A DNA stretch of 28,567 nucleotides from Coleofasciculus chthonoplastes F2-STO-03 (GCA_040222015.1 JAVJWO010000207.1:1-28567), one strand, 5' to 3'; positions 9,411 to 17,674 are shown, counted from the first letter of the stretch. Numbers and translations are program-made. The notes: generated by a model from the sequence alone, not told the origin.

Positions 9411-9513
9411 AAGGTTATCGCTGCAAGTATTGACTTCAGTGTAACGAAAAATCAGTCGTTTCTAGTGTTGAATTTCGATTCAGTGACTCGAATTCACATC
9501 CCTATAGCTTTTG

Positions 9514-9666
9514 GCGATCGCGTGTTACCTAGATTACCGCAATCTTTAAGGTTCGATCATTAGTCTAAAGCGCAATTATGACTAGGCTGCGTTTACGAGA
9601 TCTTATTGCACCGAAGGGGGAGAATTCAAAGCATCCCCCCTCCCAAGGGGGGATGGAGAGAGGTTT
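9514..9666 (+). repeat. Direct repeat copy 2 (orphan copy of the EI24 3' end beginning at GCGATCGC)
   Basis: Encodes DRVLPRLPQSLRFDH* versus DRVLPRLPQSLTFDH* in the intact gene. Confidence 0.92.
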
Positions 9667-9718
9667 GGTCTGATTTATGAGTAAAATGTACAATAAGGCG
9701 ATAGATAGGAGAAATAAA

Positions 9719-9961
9719 ATGAGAACCCTTGAAACAACAGCCAACGTCACATCAGATGGTAAAATCACTCTACAACTCCCCCCTGATATTCCAGCCGGAG
9801 AGTATCAGGTTGTGTTGGTGTTTGATCAGACCATTGTTCCAGAAACATCAGAAACTCGTAAGAAACGTCCTCCTTTAAATTTTCCTGTGGATAGTTACGG
9901 TTCTTGGTCTCCTAATCTTTCCCTAAGACGTGAGGATATGTATGATGAATGGGGTCGATAA
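9719..9961 (+). CDS. Putative antitoxin, partner of the downstream PIN toxin
   Basis: AGGAG before ATG 9719. MRTLETTANVTSDGKITLQLPPDIPAGEYQVVLV...SLRREDMY resembles small cyanobacterial antitoxin-like proteins; overlaps the PIN gene. Confidence 0.72.
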   Translation: MRTLETTANVTSDGKITLQLPPDIPAGEYQVVLVFDQTIVPETSETRKKRPPLNFPVDSYGSWSPNLSLRREDMYDEWGR

Positions 9962-10403
9962 TGCGGTATTTCTCGATACCAATATTCTGGTGTACGCCAA
10001 TGTTGAAGAATCTCTATTTCACCAATCGGCACTAGAAGCCATTCAAACTCGTTATGAAGCCGGAATCAATTTATGGATTAGCCGACAAGTTTTGCGAGAA
10101 TATTTGACAACTCTCACCCGCCCTCAAGCTTTTGTCAATCCTCGACCTGTAGAAATTGTGATTGCACGAGTGCGATTTTTTCAAGACCATTTTCGTGTCG
10201 CTGAAGACAACGCACAAGTGACAGAACGGCTGTTAAGGTTGATGGAGGAAATTCCTATAGGTGGTCGGCAAGTTCATGATGCCAATATTGTGGCAACGAT
10301 GCTGGTTTATGGGATTGACCAGCTATTGACCCATAATGTTGCTGATTTCAACCGCTTTTCAGAATTAATCACGGTATTGCCATTGGTTAGGGATCAAGGG
10401 TAG
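9942..10403 (+). CDS. PIN-domain (VapC-like) toxin
   Basis: VFLDTNILVYA, QVLREY, HDANIVATML and LLTHNVADF carry the acidic PIN residues. Start is 9942 or 9945. Confidence 0.9.
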   Translation: MMNGVDNAVFLDTNILVYANVEESLFHQSALEAIQTRYEAGINLWISRQVLREYLTTLTRPQAFVNPRPVEIVIARVRFFQDHFRVAEDNAQVTERLLRLMEEIPIGGRQVHDANIVATMLVYGIDQLLTHNVADFNRFSELITVLPLVRDQG

Positions 10404-10465
10404 TTTTGTCGGGTGGGTTACCTTATCTCAACCCTTAACTTGAATTGTGTCCGACTATTTATAAA

Positions 10466-11350
10466 TCAGTGATTGCTCAATAAATGGGCTTTGCTAACCT
10501 TTAATTTATCCTTCATATAGCCGAGTATTTGCAATTCCCGACCTGCGATTTCATGAAACTGCTGCACCTCTGATTCAGTTAACTCTTTTTTCCAGCGCCC
10601 TTGACTCGACTTATCAATGGATTTGGATAGTTTGCGAAACTCTTGGCGAGTGTCTTTAGTAATCCTGTTCTGGGAATAGTATTGAGGCTCAATCTGTCTG
10701 GCATCATACTCTTCTCCAAGAAAATTCATGATTTGCTGAACTAGCTGTTCCGGGTTAGTCGTTAAGTCTTCATACTTAACATCCAAAATATTGTCATTTT
10801 CTCCCTGTTGGAGTCTCGCGTTTACACATTTTTTCCAGTAGTAAGCATAGCGGACAATACTCTTTCCTTGGGGAACATTTTGGTGATGGCGTGCGGAACA
10901 ATAACCATCTCGACCATCGCGGAACATATTGATAAACTTGGCGTTGGGAAAGTGCTTTAATAAAAACTTCAGCCTCAAAACGTGTTGGGGAGTTTTTTCA
11001 ATAAAACGCTGACCTCCTGTTTGTTGAGTGATCTGTTGAGTAAATTTATCGTAAAATCGCACAATATCTGGGGACTGATTAATTAAATTGGCTATGTCTG
11101 TAGCGGTAAATCCTTCATAAGTAAACCCATAAATATCCCGGTACATAAACAAGCCCGTTTCATACCCAAAACTACTCAAATTAGGATGAGCGCCTAAAAT
11201 TAATTTCATCAGGGTTGTGCCACTGCGAGGCGCACCAAACACGAAAATATGGGGATTGTAAGAAATCGTCTTCGGTAGGCGCATGAAAATATTTTTAGGA
11301 ATGGCTTGGGGATGTTTTAAAAAAGAGCGAATGGCTGTAATAAGAGGCAT
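10466..11350 (-). CDS. Sulfotransferase family protein
   Basis: 5'-PSB motif FVFGAPRSGTTLM, EKTP, 3'-PB-like RDGRD...S, YEDL, GRWK. Confidence 0.9.
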   Translation of the reverse strand: MPLITAIRSFLKHPQAIPKNIFMRLPKTISYNPHIFVFGAPRSGTTLMKLILGAHPNLSSFGYETGLFMYRDIYGFTYEGFTATDIANLINQSPDIVRFYDKFTQQITQQTGGQRFIEKTPQHVLRLKFLLKHFPNAKFINMFRDGRDGYCSARHHQNVPQGKSIVRYAYYWKKCVNARLQQGENDNILDVKYEDLTTNPEQLVQQIMNFLGEEYDARQIEPQYYSQNRITKDTRQEFRKLSKSIDKSSQGRWKKELTESEVQQFHEIAGRELQILGYMKDKLKVSKAHLLSNH

Positions 11351-11517
11351 GGAGCTAACCTTTGCGTATTTTTATTCGATCTGATAATAATAAAATAGTA
11401 ATAAATGATAATTAAGACTTAACCTAGACTCAACAAAAATTAATAATTCCTTGAGTTGAATAATATCTTAACATTTTGTATTAACATAGAAGAATGACAA
11501 TTATTTAATAATCAGGT

Positions 11518-12555
11518 ATGGAGTACAAACAACTGGGGGAAAGCGACCTACGGGTTTCAGAAATCTGCTTGGGAACCATGACCTATGGTCAGCAGAACAC
11601 TATAGAAGATGCGAGAGAGCAACTGGACTATGGGATTTCCCAAGGGGTTAACTTCATTGACACCGCAGAAATGTATCCTGTACCGGGACGGGCTCAAACG
11701 CAGGGGAAGACGGAAGAGTATATTGGCGAGTGGTTAGTTAAGCAACAGCGCGATCAGCTAATTGTGGCGACTAAAATTGCCGGTCCTGCGTCTCGGATAA
11801 GCTGGATTCGGGGAGAAAATCACCGGATTGATCGCCCCAATATTGAGCAGGCGGTAGAAGATAGTCTTAAGCGCCTGCGTACTGATTATATTGACCTCTA
11901 TCAAATCCATTGGCCCGATCGCTATGTTCCCTTGTTTGGCGCACCTGATTATGATCCGAAGCAGGAACGGGATAGCGTACCCATTGCGGAACAACTACAG
12001 GTATTCGCTGACTTAATTAAAGCTGGGAAAATTCGCTATTTGGGGTTGAGTAATGAAACCCCTTGGGGCGTGTGTGAGTTTTGCCATATCGCCAAGCAGC
12101 TAGGATTACCCAAAGTGGTGTCGATTCAAAATGCCTACAGCTTAGTTAACCGCATCTTTGATATTCACCTGGCGGAAGCCTGTCGATTTAATCAGGTTGG
12201 CTTACTGGTGTATAGTCCCCTAGCCTTTGGCTTGCTGACGGGTAAATATCTCAACGGTATCCCAGAAAAGTCACGGCTAGCCCTATTTCAAGGATTTGGG
12301 GGGCGGTATGAGAAACCCAATCTCACTGAAGCGGTGAAAGAGTATATGGCAATTGCCCATAAGCACAACCTGACGCCAGCACAGTTAGCCTTAGCCTTTG
12401 TGCGATCGCGTTGGTTTGTCACCAGTACGATTATCGGTGCAACTACGATGGAACAACTTAAGGAAAATCTGAGCGCGGCTGAGGTGACATTGGAGCAGGA
12501 TATCTTGGCAGAAATTAATGCCGTTCACGATCGCTATCCGAATCCTACCCCTTAA
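11518..12555 (+). CDS. NADP(H)-dependent aldo/keto reductase (Tas-like)
   Basis: ICLGTMTYG, DTAEMY, ATK, DLYQIHWPDR, GLSNETPWG, SIQNAYSL, YSPLAFGLLTGKY, IIGATT. Confidence 0.94.
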   Translation: MEYKQLGESDLRVSEICLGTMTYGQQNTIEDAREQLDYGISQGVNFIDTAEMYPVPGRAQTQGKTEEYIGEWLVKQQRDQLIVATKIAGPASRISWIRGENHRIDRPNIEQAVEDSLKRLRTDYIDLYQIHWPDRYVPLFGAPDYDPKQERDSVPIAEQLQVFADLIKAGKIRYLGLSNETPWGVCEFCHIAKQLGLPKVVSIQNAYSLVNRIFDIHLAEACRFNQVGLLVYSPLAFGLLTGKYLNGIPEKSRLALFQGFGGRYEKPNLTEAVKEYMAIAHKHNLTPAQLALAFVRSRWFVTSTIIGATTMEQLKENLSAAEVTLEQDILAEINAVHDRYPNPTP

Positions 12556-12580
12556 GGGGAATTGTATTGAAATTTTGGTG

Positions 12581-12601
12581 GGTGGGCATTGCCCACCCTA
12601 C
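12581..12601 (-). repeat. GTAG-family REP (GGTGGGCA.TGCCCACC class); second copy at ~20588-20608
   Basis: GGTGGGCATTGCCCACCCTAC directly after the reductase gene. Confidence 0.8.
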
Positions 12602-12740
12602 TCTGAAAAGGTACAGACGCGATGGGAGAAGTGTCTGGGAGATGGGGAATTTTATGCTGGTGAAAAAGGTAATTAGGGATAAAATCACCAGGGGACATGA
12701 TAGGATTTGAGAATTCTAAATCATTTAAGGGAGTACTATT

Positions 12741-13766
12741 TTGGCAATTGTGCAAGAAACCAAGGAGAATCTCAGTTCGACCGAAGAGCGTCTAGAGATT
12801 AATTACCTTGACCGTTCCTACGGGGCGACGACTATTATAGATGGACAAGATATTATTAGCGGATTAACCCAAACGCCTAAATCCTTACCGCCGCGATACT
12901 TCTATGATGACCGAGGTTCGCAGTTATTTGAGCAAATCTGTGAGTTACCGGAATATTACCCAACTCGCACAGAAAGCTGGATTCTCCGCCAGTATGCTGG
13001 TGAAATAGCCCAGAAGACGGGAGCGTGCGAACTTGTCGAACTCGGGAGTGGGAGTTCAACTAAAACTCGCCAGTTGCTTGACGCTTATCAAACCCTAGGA
13101 AATGGGGTGGTATATGTACCGATTGATGTCAGTGGCGGTATTTTAATCGAAAGTGCTCACCAGTTACTCCGAGATTATCCGACGTTGCAGATTCAGGGGT
13201 TGGTGGGGACTTATCAACAAGCCCTCGCCCAACTTAAGCCGACGTCTTTGCCATCTCGGATGATTTTCTTCTTGGGAAGTACCTTAGGAAATTTGACGCC
13301 ACAGGAGTGCGATCGCTTTTTCTGCCAAATTGTAGAGGCTCTGGATACAGGGGAGTATTTCTTATTGGGAGTCGATTTACAAAAGCCTAAACAGGTATTG
13401 GAAGCGGCTTACAATGATGCTCAGGGAGTAACAGCCCAATTCAATCTGAATATGTTGGATCATCTCAACCAGCGTTTTGCGGCTAAGTTCGACAGGAAAC
13501 GGTTTGAACATTGGGCGTTTTACAATGAGCAGCTTAATCAAATTGAGATGCATTTGCGCTGTAGAGAAGCTCATACTGTTTGCCTAGAAGCCCTTGATCT
13601 TCAGGTTGAGTTTGAAGCTGGGGAGACGATCAAGACGGAAATTTCCCGCAAGTTTAATTTAGAGGTAATCCAAGGGGAACTTCAAGCAAAAGGGTTAAAA
13701 CCTCTGGCTGTCTGGACTAATCCCAAACAATGGTTTGGCTTGATCCTGTCTCAGAAGTCAATGTAG
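12741..13766 (+). CDS. egtD: L-histidine N-alpha-methyltransferase
   Basis: PKSLPPRYFYDDRGSQLFEQICELPEYYPTRTE, VELGSGSSTKT, FLGSTLGN, AYNDAQGVTAQFNLN, TEISRKF. TTG start with AGGGAG upstream. Confidence 0.95.
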   Translation: MAIVQETKENLSSTEERLEINYLDRSYGATTIIDGQDIISGLTQTPKSLPPRYFYDDRGSQLFEQICELPEYYPTRTESWILRQYAGEIAQKTGACELVELGSGSSTKTRQLLDAYQTLGNGVVYVPIDVSGGILIESAHQLLRDYPTLQIQGLVGTYQQALAQLKPTSLPSRMIFFLGSTLGNLTPQECDRFFCQIVEALDTGEYFLLGVDLQKPKQVLEAAYNDAQGVTAQFNLNMLDHLNQRFAAKFDRKRFEHWAFYNEQLNQIEMHLRCREAHTVCLEALDLQVEFEAGETIKTEISRKFNLEVIQGELQAKGLKPLAVWTNPKQWFGLILSQKSM

Positions 13767-13975
13767 TGGATCTGCACACCTAATTGGGTGTATTAGCATT
13801 TTCTGGGGCGCAAGAACCTGCGCCCTATTTTACCGTAAAATCTATCCCACACTTTTCCCAGAAAACCTATGAAATTAAGGGCTAAAGCCCTTACTACAGA
13901 CAATCGCATATCTGGTGTGACTACGCTGTATGTCCAGGTACTTATGACTGTTTAAATCAAGAACTTGACGACAAA

Positions 13976-14524
13976 ATGAAAAAGGATAACAAGGCTTTCT
14001 ATTTTGAGCAATATTTTACCAAACCTCATGTAGCACAAGATAGCGTTCAAATTATTTTGGCAGATCTCAAAGAGAATTTCAACATAGATGTTTTTGGTGA
14101 TCCGAAGATTCACTTGATAGAACCATCTTGTGGAGAAGGTGTTTTTGTTAAAGAATTAAACAAAAAAGAAACTAATCTTAGGATAACGAGTTTGGACATA
14201 TATCCTCTTTTTGAAGAGGCAATTGCTGATAATTTCTTAAGGGCTGATCCAAAAATATTAAATATAAAATCAGAAGAAAAATTGGTGTTTTTCGGTTGCC
14301 CACCATCTGATTTAACCAAAGAATTTTTACTACACTGCAAAGAAATATATCGGAGCGCAAAGGTGTATTTTTTGTTAAGAAAAGACAAGATAACAGAGTA
14401 TATACATCAAAAAAATATTGTTGATATGGCGATATTGAAAGACTATGGTCATGAGGCCTTCTTGTTTATGAACAATGAATTTATAACTCAATACCCATAT
14501 CTTTTGACAAGAGTTTTGTTTTGA
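13976..14524 (+). CDS. Small AT-rich class I SAM-dependent methyltransferase-like protein (amino-MTase-like fold, atypical motif IV)
   Basis: QYFTKPHVA (motif X-like), IEPSCGEGVF (motif I), LDIYP, DNFL, and FGCPPS where NPPF/Y is usual. Sampled lines are ~23-33% GC. Confidence 0.7.
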   Translation: MKKDNKAFYFEQYFTKPHVAQDSVQIILADLKENFNIDVFGDPKIHLIEPSCGEGVFVKELNKKETNLRITSLDIYPLFEEAIADNFLRADPKILNIKSEEKLVFFGCPPSDLTKEFLLHCKEIYRSAKVYFLLRKDKITEYIHQKNIVDMAILKDYGHEAFLFMNNEFITQYPYLLTRVLF

Positions 14525-14567
14525 AATAATATAGTCAACGTACTTTGGTGAAAAGCTGCTGAAAATC

Positions 14568-15896
14568 ATGATTAAATCAATTCAACCGCCCCGACTGGAT
14601 AAGTGCGATCGCGAAACCCTATTCGACTACTTTGAGAATTCCTGGGAATTGGAAGAAATTCTCATGAAAAGTCTGATAGGGGATGAGACATTCTATGTCA
14701 ACCCTGACGCATTAAGAAATCCTTTAATTTTCTACTTAGGACATTCCCCTGTCTTCTATATCAATAAATTAGTTCGGGTTGGATTGCTCGATAAACGCAT
14801 TAACCCTGACTACGAAATCCTATTTGAAATGGGGGTCGATCCGACAACCCCAGAAGAACTGAATCAAGCCATGAGCGCTGTGCAGTGGCCCCAAGTGGAA
14901 GATATATGGCAGTATCGAGAAAAAGTCAAAGCCGAAGTTGCAGCCCTGATCCACAATACACCACTGAACCTACCCATTAACCAAAATCATCCCCTCTGGG
15001 CGCTGATCATGGGCATGGAACACAACCGGATTCATTTTGAAACCTCCTCCATGTTGATTCGACAACTGCCCGTAGATAGACTAGAACGCCCAGAATCTTG
15101 GCAATATGCCAGATCTGATGGTAAGATTCCCGCCAATAAAATGATTCAGATTGCAGGTGGGGTAGCTCAACTGGGCAAACCCAAAGATGCTCCGACTTAT
15201 GGTTGGGATAGCGAATACGGCAGTAAAACCGTGGAGGTGAAACCCTTTTTAGCCAGTCAGTATTTGATTACTAATGGGGAATTCCTCAAGTTTGTCCAAG
15301 AGAATGGCTACGACAATCGGGAATTCTGGGATGAAGAATCCTGGAGTTGGAAGACTGAATATAATATCAAACACCCGAAGTTCTGGATACCCAGTAATGG
15401 TAGTTACAAATATCGAGCCATGTTTGATGAAATTAATTTACCCCTTGATTGGCCCGTAGAAGTTAATTATGATGAAGCCATGGCTTACTGTCGCTGGCAG
15501 GGTAAGGGCGTTCGCTTAATGAGTGAAGCCGAGTGGAAGGTTGCGGCAGCTAACTGTGAGGATGAGCAGGAGTTCAATCTTCATGTTAAGTATGGTTCCC
15601 CGATGCCAGTGGGTAGTGTAGAAACAGCTAAAAGTCCTTCTGGACTCTATGATATTCGGGGTAATGTTTGGGAGTGGCTGAGTGATGATTTCAAACCTCT
15701 ACCGGGATTCAAGCCTCATTTCCTTTATGAAGATTATTCGGCTCCCTTTTTTGATACTCAGCATAAGGTAATGCGTGGTGGGGCTTGGGCAAGTACAGGC
15801 ACCTACGCCTCGACATCCTGTCGGAATTGGTTCCGCCCCAATTTTTATCAACATGCAGGGTTTCGGATTGCTCAAGACTTAGAAGAGGAAAACTAG
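14568..15896 (+). CDS. ovoA: OvoA-like sulfoxide synthase without the C-terminal methyltransferase domain (probable ergothioneine EgtB of the OvoA-derived type)
   Basis: LRNPLIFYLGH, FEMGVDP, Fe-binding EHNRIHFE (HxxxHxE), FGE-sulfatase-like C-terminal domain (GNVWEW, RGGAW, FRPNFYQHAGFR). Ends at 442 aa. Confidence 0.88.
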   Translation: MIKSIQPPRLDKCDRETLFDYFENSWELEEILMKSLIGDETFYVNPDALRNPLIFYLGHSPVFYINKLVRVGLLDKRINPDYEILFEMGVDPTTPEELNQAMSAVQWPQVEDIWQYREKVKAEVAALIHNTPLNLPINQNHPLWALIMGMEHNRIHFETSSMLIRQLPVDRLERPESWQYARSDGKIPANKMIQIAGGVAQLGKPKDAPTYGWDSEYGSKTVEVKPFLASQYLITNGEFLKFVQENGYDNREFWDEESWSWKTEYNIKHPKFWIPSNGSYKYRAMFDEINLPLDWPVEVNYDEAMAYCRWQGKGVRLMSEAEWKVAAANCEDEQEFNLHVKYGSPMPVGSVETAKSPSGLYDIRGNVWEWLSDDFKPLPGFKPHFLYEDYSAPFFDTQHKVMRGGAWASTGTYASTSCRNWFRPNFYQHAGFRIAQDLEEEN

Positions 15897-15999
15897 ATGA
15901 GTAATGTTATATTTGTCCGCTAAATAATTAATGGGCGCTAAATCAAACAAAGGCAAAAAAAGGCAAAAAAATGCAAATTATTTTTGATTTATTTTTTGA

Positions 16000-16299
16000 G
16001 CTAGAATTTTACATAAAAATTGCTATGAGCTGTGCAATTTTACAACAGTTTTTATATTGGGTATTACTCAAATCTTGGCTTGGACTGTTATCGGTAATGC
16101 GTACAACTTGGAAGGTCATAGTTCGTTGTCTATATTTTTCATTGCATCCGATTTTCACGATCTGCATCACACCAGCTTTAAGGGAAACTATGGTATTCAT
16201 GGATTTTGGGACAGGGTATTTAATACTTTGAACCCTCCTACCAAAAAATCGGGAATTATATCTCCTGTCGCCTCTCTGGAGAAAATGGCGGTGAATTAG
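16000..16299 (+). pseudogene. 5'-truncated sterol desaturase/fatty-acid hydroxylase family remnant
   Basis: C-terminal signature GHS...FHDLHH...GNYG...FWDRVFNT. The frame is closed upstream by TGA at 15997, and the N-terminal His boxes are absent. Confidence 0.68.
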
Positions 16300-16331
16300 T
16301 CAAGTCGTGGCAGTAAAGTTATGACTTGACT
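16298..16331. other. Stem-loop after the desaturase remnant
   Basis: AGTCAAGTCGT ... ATGACTTGACT, an 11-bp stem with one G-U pair and no clear U-tract. Confidence 0.5.
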
Positions 16332-16360
16332 CCCGCCATTTTCCCTGCCCTAGAGTTCCC

Positions 16361-16395
16361 TGACAAATGACAAATGACAAATGACAAATGACAAA
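16361..16395. repeat. STRR2-type heptamer tandem repeat (TGACAAA)x5 overlapping the ureF start
   Basis: Read directly; reverse complement of TTTGTCA. Confidence 0.9.
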
Positions 16396-17065
16396 CAGCT
16401 ACCTATTGCATTTGTTGCAACTGGCGAGTCCCACTTTACCCGTCGGTGCCTATAGCTATTCAGAAGGATTAGAAATACTGGTGGAACGGGGGGTGATTGA
16501 TAAACCCAACCAATTAAAAGCCTGGATCGACCAAGAATTGAGGTATGGGGCGATTCGCTTAGAAGCCGCGATGATGGTACGAGCCTATGAGAGTTTCCAG
16601 GCTGAGGATTTAGAACGATTGCAGTATTGGAATGCGTGGGCGAGTGCGGCGAAGGAAACCTCAGAGTTGCGATCGCAAAGTTGGCAAATGGGCAATTCCC
16701 TGATCCGCTTACTCGTGGAGTTAGAACCGGAACTTCAGTCTGTGGCAGGGATAGTGGGAACTCCCTGCAATTATGCGATCGCCTTTGGTATTGCAGCCGC
16801 GTACTGGCAAATTAACCTCATGGGTGCTTTATTGGGCTATTTACACAGTTGGGCATCCAATCTAATTAATACTGGTGTAAAATTGATTCCCTTGGGTCAA
16901 ACCGCCGGACAACAACTGCTGCTGGAACTTGCCCCTCAGCTATCGGGTGCTAGCCAAGACATTTTAGCCCTAGAAGACGATGAACAGTTAAACAGTTGCA
17001 CTTGGGGATTAGCCCTCTCTAGCATGGCTCACGAAACCCAATATACGCGATTGTTTCGCAGTTGA
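16388..17065 (+). CDS. ureF: Urease accessory protein UreF
   Basis: [44 protein letters not shown]-terminal [11 protein letters not shown]. Confidence 0.96.
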   Translation: MTNSYLLHLLQLASPTLPVGAYSYSEGLEILVERGVIDKPNQLKAWIDQELRYGAIRLEAAMMVRAYESFQAEDLERLQYWNAWASAAKETSELRSQSWQMGNSLIRLLVELEPELQSVAGIVGTPCNYAIAFGIAAAYWQINLMGALLGYLHSWASNLINTGVKLIPLGQTAGQQLLLELAPQLSGASQDILALEDDEQLNSCTWGLALSSMAHETQYTRLFRS

Positions 17066-17070
17066 CCATA

Positions 17071-17346
17071 GTAGGGGCACGGCATTGCCCATTGGTATCA
17101 ACTTAAGCGCTAAAAGCAATATTGGCAAGCATTTCACCCTCATCCCCTAACCCCTTCTCCCACCCCCCTCGTTCCCCCCTACAAAGAGGGGGGATGACAG
17201 AGGATGCTTCGCTTTTGTTTCATTGGAGAAGGGGTATAAAGAAGCTTCTGGCATAACATCTCGAACCCCTCACCCCCAGCCCCTCTCCCCGGCGTGGGAG
17301 AGGGGTTGAGCTTAAGTTGACACGGGTGGGCATTGCCGTGCCCCTA
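17071..17346. repeat. Nested palindromic composite (REP with MITE-like inner arms and internal C-rich/G-rich hairpins)
   Basis: 17072-17108 and 17310-17346 are inverted repeats (32/37 matches). Internal hairpins: CCCCTTCTCC...GGAGAAGGGG, TCCCCCCT...AGGGGGGA, CCCCTCTCCC...GGGAGAGGGG. Confidence 0.85.
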
Positions 17347-17426
17347 AGACGTTATTCTGTGTCGTAGTGAGTTGTCTATCGGGTAGTTATATGCTACCTT
17401 AAAAGTTTTTCAATTTTGAGGAAGCT

Positions 17427-17672
17427 ATGACCCAACGAACCCAGATCAATCTTCGCATAGACAACGAATTACTCCAAGCGCTACGCGAAAAATGTGCCGC
17501 TGAAGGCTGCACGCAGACGGAGTTTATTACCAATGCGATCAAATCGTCATTAGGTATCCCGATTACCCAAGCCAATCTGATTGAGATCGATGAACGAATT
17601 GCCGCCCACATTCAACCCATTCGAGAAGAGTTAGATCAGTTGAGGGCAGCCTTGGGGGAATTCGCAGCCTGA
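17427..17672 (+). CDS. Small ribbon-helix-helix/CopG-like DNA-binding protein
   Basis: GAGG upstream. TQINLRIDNELLQALREKCAAEGCTQTEFITNAIKSSL fits a beta-strand plus two helices, followed by a coiled-coil-like tail ending LGEFAA. Confidence 0.75.
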   Translation: MTQRTQINLRIDNELLQALREKCAAEGCTQTEFITNAIKSSLGIPITQANLIEIDERIAAHIQPIREELDQLRAALGEFAA

Positions 17673-17674
17673 GG

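Noticed and set aside
9565..9768. 67-aa minus-strand ORF sharing a C-terminus with the truncated PIN ORF
   Set aside because: The shared tail is simply the antisense translation of the duplicated 155-bp segment, and the ORF overlaps the antitoxin gene.
15971..16231. 86-aa ORF as a real membrane protein
   Set aside because: It overlaps, in another frame, the desaturase remnant that carries the recognisable motifs, and the sequence is low-complexity and AT-rich.
10466..16299. One large biosynthetic cluster (sulfotransferase + reductase + egtD + MTase + OvoA-like + desaturase)
   Set aside because: The sulfotransferase is divergent, the reductase is a generic Tas-like enzyme, the desaturase is a fragment, and REPs separate the genes. 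Only the egtD/OvoA-like link is supported by known biochemistry.
16388..17065. Orphan ureF as a novelty
   Set aside because: Urease accessory genes are often dispersed in cyanobacterial genomes.
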